A DNA stretch of 64,000 bases from a virus. Each line of letters begins with the position of its first letter. The first letter of the stretch is position 1. Under the pieces are notes generated by a model. It saw nothing but the letters and a program-made list of their open reading frames with translations. It ran no database searches and was not told the DNA's origin. Both the position numbers and the translations under genes were made by a program. Below are positions 28,091 through 34,886 of the stretch, one piece after another. The stretch covers positions 24,325 to 88,324 of the IMG/VR virus record IMGVR_UViG_3300044644_000945; one strand, written 5' to 3'.

Positions 28091-28237
28091 ATTCTATATT
28101 TTATATTATCATGCTGTATCAAGTGGGGGTATGGTGGTGCTTGTCTTTTGGCGTGGGGTGGTTTTGGTATACAGTACTCACTTTCTCTTCCTCAGAAGTC
28201 CTGAAAAATACCAAAAATTTTTTTTGAAACACCAAGT

Positions 28238-28267
28238 AAAAAAACCCCAGCAGCACTGCCAGGGTTT
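28238..28267 (-). terminator. Intrinsic terminator
   Basis: aaaccctggcag/ctgctggggttt stem + T-run on minus strand. Confidence 0.65.
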
Positions 28268-28359
28268 CAAAGTCACTGAGAGATTCAAACTCTCATCCAT
28301 CAACTTTAGTTGACATGTTTATCTACTGTGGTATTTATTCCCACTTACACCAAATGACT

Positions 28360-28569
28360 TTAGTTATTCATTGTTAGCATTATGTCTTTCTCTTCTGTTA
28401 TTTCACATTCATAGTGCCAGCTTGCATCGCCATCTATGGTAAGTTTTATAAGCATCCCACCATCAGCTGTACCTTGTACTCCTATGACTTGTCTTGGATC
28501 TTGATTTATATCTGTTTTAACATAGACTACTTGCCCATAGTTAAACTTGCATCTTACTAATATTCCCAT
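28360..28569 (-). CDS. Small SH3-like hypothetical protein
   Basis: KFNYGQVVYVKTD.NQ.PR...WHYECEI. Confidence 0.6.
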   Translation of the reverse strand: MGILVRCKFNYGQVVYVKTDINQDPRQVIGVQGTADGGMLIKLTIDGDASWHYECEITEEKDIMLTMNN

Positions 28570-28874
28570 TATTCTTCTGTATCAGGTTTTACAATTTCTG
28601 CTGTAACTTCTATGTTGTCTACATCTTTTTCATCACTGATCTCATTTAGTATAAGGTTGTACTCATAGTTTGTTATAAGACCTGTAGTTCTATGAACTTC
28701 AACCCCATCTTTTAAAAAGACAAGAACAGGAATTGTTCTTACTCTATACTTAACAGCTGTTTCATGATCTTTGTCTACATTGATCTCTATTAATTTTTCA
28801 CCTTCTAATCTTTGAGAAAGTGCTCTACATGGTCCACACCAATCAGCGTAGAATTTTAAAACTTCTATTTTCAT
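28569..28874 (-). CDS. Thioredoxin
   Basis: FYADWCGPC, VRTIPVL, GVEVHR. Confidence 0.92.
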   Translation of the reverse strand: MKIEVLKFYADWCGPCRALSQRLEGEKLIEINVDKDHETAVKYRVRTIPVLVFLKDGVEVHRTTGLITNYEYNLILNEISDEKDVDNIEVTAEIVKPDTEE

Positions 28875-29034
28875 AATGTTGTATTTAATGCTTGTGTTAA
28901 TGTATAAGTGTTTGATGTAGTTGTGCCACCATAAAGTCTGTCATCTATAGTACTACCTGAACTGCTGTGCCCAAAAATACTTCCTTTATTACGAGTAGTA
29001 GGATACTTACTTGTATTGGACAACAAAGGAAGAT

Positions 29035-29235
29035 TTAAAAATTTCTTACTACAATTTCTATGTTATCTGGATTCTCAGCGTGTGCATCAGGAATGTCTCT
29101 TGTGATTTTAAAGATTAGATCTTTCTCAGATTTAGCTAATGCTGTTGATACAGGGATGATTAGTTTACTATCCTCATACTTACCTTCTTTGTCATATGTG
29201 TGTAGCAACACAGCATATTGAAATAACTTCTTCAT
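29035..29235 (-). CDS. Hypothetical protein, probably extended by a -1 frameshift to stop at 28871
   Basis: Ends A_AAT_TTT_TAA, followed by an 11-bp stem and a 55-codon open -1 frame. Confidence 0.7.
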   Translation of the reverse strand: MKKLFQYAVLLHTYDKEGKYEDSKLIIPVSTALAKSEKDLIFKITRDIPDAHAENPDNIEIVVRNF

Positions 29236-29256
29236 GTGTTTTTTGTTTTAAAATTA

Positions 29257-29309
29257 TTTTACAAATATATAATAAATTTGTAAAAGTTAAACTTTTCTTT
29301 ATATATTTG
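29257..29309. promoter_or_regulatory. Divergent Bacteroidota-type promoters at the arm switch
   Basis: Plus strand TTTG 29277-29280 + 21 nt + TATATTTG 29302-29309; minus strand TATATTTG 29262-29269; inverted repeat ttttacaaat/atttgtaaaa. Confidence 0.7.
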
Positions 29310-29336
29310 TAGTGTTAATTTAAATAAACAAAAAAC

Positions 29337-29741
29337 ATGAGCACACAAACAGAAGAAAAAAAGACACCTACTAAAGCAGAGGTGTTAAATTTTTACAAAG
29401 AACAAATTGAAGTTGCAAAACTTAGAAGAGATCTTGCAGAGATTGTATGTATAACTGCTGAGTTTGATGCAAGAAGAGTTGAAGCTATTGCTAAGCAAGC
29501 ACACTTTTCTAGACCAGCACAACAACAACCACCACAACAAGAAGGTATGCCAGAGGGAGTGATTCCTCATACTGTAACACAAGAGGACTTGGATGCAAAT
29601 CCTGAGTTAGCAGAACAAGGCATTAAGGTGGGTGATGTAGTTGGTATTTCAGAAAGACCACAACCTGAAGAACAAATGATGTCTGAAATTGATCCAGCTG
29701 CAGAAGATGAAGCTCCAGTAAGAAAACTAAAAAAAGACTAA
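29337..29741 (+). CDS. Hypothetical protein
   Basis: Coiled-coil N-terminus, HTVTQEDLDANPEL..QGIKVGD motif. Confidence 0.7.
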   Translation: MSTQTEEKKTPTKAEVLNFYKEQIEVAKLRRDLAEIVCITAEFDARRVEAIAKQAHFSRPAQQQPPQQEGMPEGVIPHTVTQEDLDANPELAEQGIKVGDVVGISERPQPEEQMMSEIDPAAEDEAPVRKLKKD

Positions 29742-30035
29742 ATGCAACCATTTGAAGAATTAACAGGAAGAAGAGTATTACTTACTAAACCTGTAAGAAA
29801 AGAAAGTTCTATTGAATTATCTGATGAGACTAAAGCTGCTCTAGATGCTGAAGCTATGAAAGATTGGACTGCATTAGAAGTGTATGCAATAGGAACAGAT
29901 GTTACTAAACCTAATTTAGTACCAGGTAAAAAAGTATATGTTCCTACATATAGTTTACAATCATCAGAAATTCTTGAAGTTGAAGGAGCTTTAAGAATGA
30001 TGATAAATGAAGGTGATGTAGCAATCATCTGGTAA
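29742..30035 (+). CDS. groES: GroES/Cpn10-like co-chaperonin
   Basis: GRRVLL...LEVYAIG..V...PGKKVYV...MINEGDV; 97 aa. Confidence 0.65.
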   Translation: MQPFEELTGRRVLLTKPVRKESSIELSDETKAALDAEAMKDWTALEVYAIGTDVTKPNLVPGKKVYVPTYSLQSSEILEVEGALRMMINEGDVAIIW

Positions 30036-30146
30036 TAATCCATGCTATAAAAAACAAGTGAAATCCTGTCGCTACTGGGGTGTCCCCAAGTAGTTCTGAG
30101 TCACAAGGGCGTTTAGGTACAGGTGCATATAGCTAAAAACAACAAC

Positions 30147-30797
30147 ATGCAAGAACCAAATAGAACAAGAAAGAATGACATTAAATATAATGTTACTCTC
30201 AACGAAGAACAAAAGCTTGCCAAACAATTAATACTAGATAATCAGATTACTATTATAACAGGTAGAGCTGGTTCAGGAAAAAGTTTAGTAGGTGTTGTTA
30301 CTGCATTAGATTTTTTAAATAAGAAACAAATCAGTAAGATACTTGTAACAAGAAGTGCAATTGAGGTTGGTAAATCTTTAGGGTTCTTGCCAGGATCATT
30401 AGATGAAAAGTTCAATCCTTACATGGAAGCTCTAATAGAAAATGCATACAAGTGTATGGATAAATCTAAGGTTGATATGTTTGTAAAGGATGATAAAATT
30501 TCAGCTACTCCTGTACAGTTTATTAGAGGTAAAACTATAGATGATGTACTTATTGTAGAAGAAGCACAAAACTTAACCAAAGCTGAGATGCTTGCTTTAT
30601 TAACAAGACTAGGTAAAACTGGTAAGATTATTATCAATGGTGATAATGAACAAAAAGATATTAGAGATGAGTACAATGGCTTATCATATGTTATTGAACT
30701 CTCTAAAAAGATTAAAGAAATACAATGGATTAAGCTTAAAGAAAATCATAGATCTGACTTAGTAGGTAAGATACTTGATTATGAGTATTCAAAATAA
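30147..30797 (+). CDS. phoH: PhoH-family ATPase
   Basis: GRAGSGKS, LGFLPG, FIRGKT, EEAQN, LTRLG, GDNEQKD, HRS. Confidence 0.93.
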   Translation: MQEPNRTRKNDIKYNVTLNEEQKLAKQLILDNQITIITGRAGSGKSLVGVVTALDFLNKKQISKILVTRSAIEVGKSLGFLPGSLDEKFNPYMEALIENAYKCMDKSKVDMFVKDDKISATPVQFIRGKTIDDVLIVEEAQNLTKAEMLALLTRLGKTGKIIINGDNEQKDIRDEYNGLSYVIELSKKIKEIQWIKLKENHRSDLVGKILDYEYSK

Positions 30798-30974
30798 AAA
30801 GACCTCTGCTGGTGCACCAGTAAGTATCGAAGACAGGAATTACAGATCATAATGTCAAACATAATGATGTTGGCGTGGAGGTCCTCTAAATCGTAGGTTA
30901 GCACAGTTGTAACTCTGGGGGTATTCAAAAGTTACTGAAGGCTTAGTCAGTTGTGCCATAAACAACTGTTTTAT

Positions 30975-31045
30975 AGTGTGGTAGAGTAATGGTAACTTGC
31001 TGGACTCATATTCCAGAGCTGAGGGTTCGACTCCCTCCCACGCAA
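30975..31045 (+). tRNA. tRNA-Met(CAT), initiator-like; CCA not encoded
   Basis: Cloverleaf AGTGTGG/CCACGCA, D-arm GAGT/ACTT, anticodon CTGGA-CTCATAT-TCCAG, T-arm GAGGG-TTCGACT-CCCTC; 1:72 mismatch and A11:U24. Confidence 0.9.
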
Positions 31046-31059
31046 CTAAAGATAAAAGT

Positions 31060-31254
31060 ATGATGTTACAATTAGAACCAATGATACCTATTAAAAGAGT
31101 ATCTGACAACATGGAAGGTTATGCTTTTTTAGTTATTGATTATAGCCAAGAGCATGACTTGTTGTTTACATGTGCAATGGATGATGGTGAGATTTGGACA
31201 TTGAATAATAAAGAAATAAGATTTTGCAAAAACATATCATTAGATAGAAAATAA
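31060..31254 (+). CDS. Small conserved phage protein
   Basis: MMLQLEPMIP...GYAFLVIDYSQEHDLLF...GEIWT. Confidence 0.65.
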   Translation: MMLQLEPMIPIKRVSDNMEGYAFLVIDYSQEHDLLFTCAMDDGEIWTLNNKEIRFCKNISLDRK

Positions 31255-31259
31255 ATACT

Positions 31260-31578
31260 GGGGGTGACTGGTTTTGACAGGTCATTAGTAGGTAGTACAA
31301 TCAGCCAGAGAGATAACTGTAAACTAAGGTGAATTTAATAAATGGCAAAAACACAATCAGTGTAGTATCTCTAGGAGACAACGCACAAGTAGAAGCTAAC
31401 ATGAACAAAGTATTCTCTTTATTAGGAGAAGAAGTTGCTGTAGCAGCCTAGATTAAAAAGATTTCTCTGTTAGATTAAACAGAGTGGTGGATTGCTCAAG
31501 CCAAGCTTGACCCTATAAGCTGTATAAATTGTATTATTGATCATGGTTTGGACAGGGGTTCGACTCCCCTCACCTCCA
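31260..31578 (+). ncRNA. ssrA: tmRNA
   Basis: GGGGGTGACTGGTTTTGAC 5' end; GGTTCGACTCCCCTCACCTCCA 3' end with G3:U70; tag ORF 31344-31451 ending AVAA-stop. Confidence 0.92.
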
Positions 31579-31644
31579 CAAAATGTACAGTATTCTGTAC
31601 AAAATTGCACATTATGTGTGAAATAACCAACATTGAGAGAAGAA

Positions 31645-32040
31645 ATGGAAGTAAAAAAAGTAAATAAAAAACTAAGATTATCTACACAAGACATAGTGAG
31701 ATATCAACTTATAACAGAAGTATCATTCTTTAGAAAAGAATATTTGATACCTTCTGATTTAGAGATACTTACACTACTTGTAATGTGGGGACCTATTGAC
31801 TTAGGAGGATTTTGTGCATCTGCTGCTAGAGTTATATATCCAGAATCTTTACCAGAAGAGTTATCTACACGCGCGCAGAACATTAGAAACAGAATTGTTA
31901 AGCTTGAAAAAAGAAAGATAATTGTAAAATCAAAAACAGGTAGAAAAGTAATTGTACTTAATCCTGATATTGATATACAATCTAAAGGTAATATATTGTT
32001 AGACTATAATTATTTAGCAGTTGAATCCAATAAAGCGTAA
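31645..32040 (+). CDS. Putative winged-HTH DNA-binding protein
   Basis: AQNIRNRIVKLEKRKIIVK helix-wing pattern; probable start 31645. Confidence 0.5.
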   Translation: MEVKKVNKKLRLSTQDIVRYQLITEVSFFRKEYLIPSDLEILTLLVMWGPIDLGGFCASAARVIYPESLPEELSTRAQNIRNRIVKLEKRKIIVKSKTGRKVIVLNPDIDIQSKGNILLDYNYLAVESNKA

Positions 32041-32413
32041 AAGCATAGTAGAAATGACTGCAAAAGATTTAGATTTTGCAGTGGATATGGTAGATGATAT
32101 TGTATCACATTATTATCTAACACTACAAAGAAAGTTATCTAGTGCAGATCATCCATATATTGCAGTTCCCAGATTGGGAACTTTTGTAGTTAAAAAGAAA
32201 TCTTTAGTAGACATGATAACAAAGCATCAAAACTTTGTAAACAAGATTGAAAAAGATGAGCATATAACAGTGCATACATATGAGTTAATCATAAAGAAAC
32301 GCGCTGAAATACAAAGACTTACAAAACTACAAGAAAGAATGCAACAAGAACAAGAAAGAAGAGAAGAAGTTAAACTTAAAAAACAAATATACAAAGATGG
32401 AAAATCTAATTAA
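32021..32413 (+). CDS. HU/IHF-like DNA-binding protein
   Basis: IVEMTAKDL...VDDIVSHY...IAVPRLGTFVVK. Confidence 0.6.
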   Translation: MNPIKRKSIVEMTAKDLDFAVDMVDDIVSHYYLTLQRKLSSADHPYIAVPRLGTFVVKKKSLVDMITKHQNFVNKIEKDEHITVHTYELIIKKRAEIQRLTKLQERMQQEQERREEVKLKKQIYKDGKSN

Positions 32414-32708
32414 AATTTGGAAATCACGCAATCAAATTGCAGAAGGTGTAAAGAATAATATCTTTAAAACTAAACATGTAGAAGACATTGCATTTTTTAG
32501 AAATGAAATATGTAGGTCTTGTGAGTTTATAGACACAAAAGGTTCTAAGTGTGCAGTACCTGGTACACAACCATGTTGTGGAGAGTGTGGATGTTCTTTA
32601 AAATTAAAGACTAGATCTTTATCTTCTGATTGTCCAAGAGGTTTTTGGAAAGCAGAACTTACTGAAGAAGAAGAAGCTATTGTAAATCAGCAACTAAAAA
32701 TTAACTAA
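32397..32708 (+). CDS. Cys-rich Zn-binding protein
   Basis: CRSC, C, CCGECGC, CPRGFW. Confidence 0.65.
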   Translation: MENLIKIWKSRNQIAEGVKNNIFKTKHVEDIAFFRNEICRSCEFIDTKGSKCAVPGTQPCCGECGCSLKLKTRSLSSDCPRGFWKAELTEEEEAIVNQQLKIN

Positions 32709-32710
32709 TC

Positions 32711-33556
32711 ATGGCAATAGTATTTGAAGCACAAACACATTCTTATATATCAGTAGATCCACAAGATAAAACTAAATGGGTGTCAGTAACAACATTACTT
32801 GGTGCTTTGAAACAACCATTTGATTCTGAAGCAATTGCACTTAAATGTTCTCAAAATCAAAAGAAAACAAATAAGTGGCGTGGTATGTCACCAGCAATGA
32901 TTCAAGCTACTTGGAAAAAAGAATCAGAAAGAGCATGTACATTAGGTAACTGGTATCATGATCAAAGAGAACAAGACATTGTAGGTTGCAATACTATTGT
33001 AAGACATGAGGTAGAACTCCCAGTTATCAAACCTCTTTTAGATGGTACAGGAAAAAAGTTAGCTCCTTTACAGAAGTTAATCAATGGTATATACCCTGAG
33101 CATATGGTGTATCTAAAGTCTGCAGGTATATGTGGACAATCTGACTTAGTTGAGGTTGTAAATGATACTGTGCATATAACTGATTATAAGACTAATAAAA
33201 AGATTGACAAAACTTCTTTTGTTAATTGGGAAGGTGTTTCTAAAAAAATGTTAGGTCCTGTAGCACACTTAGATGACTGTAATTTAAATCATTATAATCT
33301 ACAGTTAAGTATTTATATGTATATTATACTGAAGCATAATCCTAATTTAAAAGCAGGTAAGCTTATTATTCATCATATTACTTTTGAAGAGGAAGAACAA
33401 ACAGATGAGTTTGGTTATCCAATAACAAAGTTATCTGATCAAGGTGAGCCAATAATCAGAGATATAGAAATATATGAACTGCCATATCTTAAAAGTGAAG
33501 TTATTGCATTGCTTAAATGGTATGAGAATAATAAAGACAAAGTAAAAAAGAAATAA
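32711..33556 (+). CDS. PD-(D/E)XK nuclease
   Basis: SVTTL, G..YH, EHMVY, CGQSDLV, ITDYKTN, YNLQLSIY. Confidence 0.85.
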   Translation: MAIVFEAQTHSYISVDPQDKTKWVSVTTLLGALKQPFDSEAIALKCSQNQKKTNKWRGMSPAMIQATWKKESERACTLGNWYHDQREQDIVGCNTIVRHEVELPVIKPLLDGTGKKLAPLQKLINGIYPEHMVYLKSAGICGQSDLVEVVNDTVHITDYKTNKKIDKTSFVNWEGVSKKMLGPVAHLDDCNLNHYNLQLSIYMYIILKHNPNLKAGKLIIHHITFEEEEQTDEFGYPITKLSDQGEPIIRDIEIYELPYLKSEVIALLKWYENNKDKVKKK

Positions 33557-34179
33557 TGCTAAACTCAAATATACCATCATTTAAATGTCTTGTTAGACTT
33601 TCTCATTTTACAAAAGATGAAAAAGATAAGAATACATATCATAATGGGTATGCTTTTGCAATACAATCTGTAGAAGGCAAGATATTAACATTTCACATAA
33701 TGACAGATTATGGGATGCTTAGAAGTAGAGTTCCTATATCAGAAATATTTTTAAAGGTTCCTACTAAAGATATACCTTCACATTATAAACAACTGTGGGA
33801 TTGTTTTTCTCAAAATGTAACAGCTACAAAGTTTGATTACTTAAATGGAAAAAGATGCCAAGTAGTTTTAAAGAATAATGAAAAGGTTTGGGCAACATAT
33901 ATGTTTACTATAGATTGGTTTAACAATCCATATAGTGATGAACCAAGTGATTATAAATGTGGACATATATTAGTTTCTGATGATGGATATTTATTGTGTC
34001 AACCAAATAATAGAATATACTGGAAAGACAGTAACTGGGTAACACAAGATTTTCCTATAGAAAAGAAAAATATAAAAGTAGATAATAATCTTGAATCTGT
34101 AGAATCTTACTCAGATAGATGGGTAAGTGAAGATGGAGATTCTTTTTATTATAACATAAATTTAGAAAAGAATGATTAG
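33556..34179 (+). CDS. Conserved phage hypothetical protein
   Basis: QLWDCFS, YMFTIDW, KCGH, QPNNRIYW. Confidence 0.7.
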   Translation: MLNSNIPSFKCLVRLSHFTKDEKDKNTYHNGYAFAIQSVEGKILTFHIMTDYGMLRSRVPISEIFLKVPTKDIPSHYKQLWDCFSQNVTATKFDYLNGKRCQVVLKNNEKVWATYMFTIDWFNNPYSDEPSDYKCGHILVSDDGYLLCQPNNRIYWKDSNWVTQDFPIEKKNIKVDNNLESVESYSDRWVSEDGDSFYYNINLEKND

Positions 34180-34687
34180 ATTATTTGACATAAATAATGG
34201 ACAAGTTGTACCATCAGAACATTGCTACACATTAAGAGATTTAAGGACAATCATGGATGAATATCCTGATGACTATCATAATGTATATGCATATCTGTTT
34301 TATATGACATGTCCTAACCCAGATTTAAATCCATATTTTGATACACCAGAACATGAAAAAGAAGAACTTATACTTTCGCAGCTTACTGTTAATTTTAGTT
34401 TGGAAGATGACACTATCATTACTGCTAGACAGTTTTGTGAAAAGCTTTACCAAACACCTACGTTTCGTGCGTACATGGGTATCAAAACTATGTTAGATAA
34501 ACTAGCTACTTACATGGAAACAAGTGAAATTACTGCTGGTAGAGATGGTAATATAAACTCTATTGTAAATGCAGCAGCAAAATTTGAACAAATAAGACTC
34601 TCATTTAGAGGAGCTTATAAAGATTTAATGGAAGAACAAAAAAGCTCTGTAAGAGGAGGGCAAAACTTAGGATACGATCAAATGTAA
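34172..34687 (+). CDS. Putative terminase small subunit
   Basis: Position upstream of terL; helical; ends VRGGQNLGYDQ. Confidence 0.5.
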   Translation: MIRLFDINNGQVVPSEHCYTLRDLRTIMDEYPDDYHNVYAYLFYMTCPNPDLNPYFDTPEHEKEELILSQLTVNFSLEDDTIITARQFCEKLYQTPTFRAYMGIKTMLDKLATYMETSEITAGRDGNINSIVNAAAKFEQIRLSFRGAYKDLMEEQKSSVRGGQNLGYDQM

Positions 34688-34692
34688 ACATT

Positions 34693-34884
34693 ATGGAAAA
34701 ACAAAAATTATACAACTGGTTATTTCATTATAACCATCATGAAGAACTTTGGACAGCTTTTCATAGAGAAGATCATTCAGCATATTGGAATGGTACTCAA
34801 CCAACACACAGAATATATAGAGACCCTTCTTTTGAAAGTCTATTGATACAACTTTTTGATTTTGAATTTCCAAACAAATCATAA
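34693..34884 (+). CDS. Hypothetical protein
   Basis: 63-aa ORF, YNWLFHYN...WTAF.R. Confidence 0.55.
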   Translation: MEKQKLYNWLFHYNHHEELWTAFHREDHSAYWNGTQPTHRIYRDPSFESLLIQLFDFEFPNKS

Positions 34885-34886
34885 GA

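Noticed and set aside
26102-28170. CRISPR or TIGR-like guide array in the GGTGGTG repeats
   Set aside because: The repeats are degenerate, irregularly spaced and separated by whole genes; no Cas or Nop-domain gene was recognised.
28131-28313. 60-aa plus-strand ORF
   Set aside because: It spans the G-rich tract and a terminator, has no plausible leader, and is likely spurious.
30044-30133. Hammerhead ribozyme
   Set aside because: GAAA and CTGA are present, but the CUGAnGA core and the order of elements do not fit.
30855-31112. Minus-strand ORF, and the 5' extension of ORF 30997
   Set aside because: They overlap the tRNA gene; the real small gene most likely starts at 31060.
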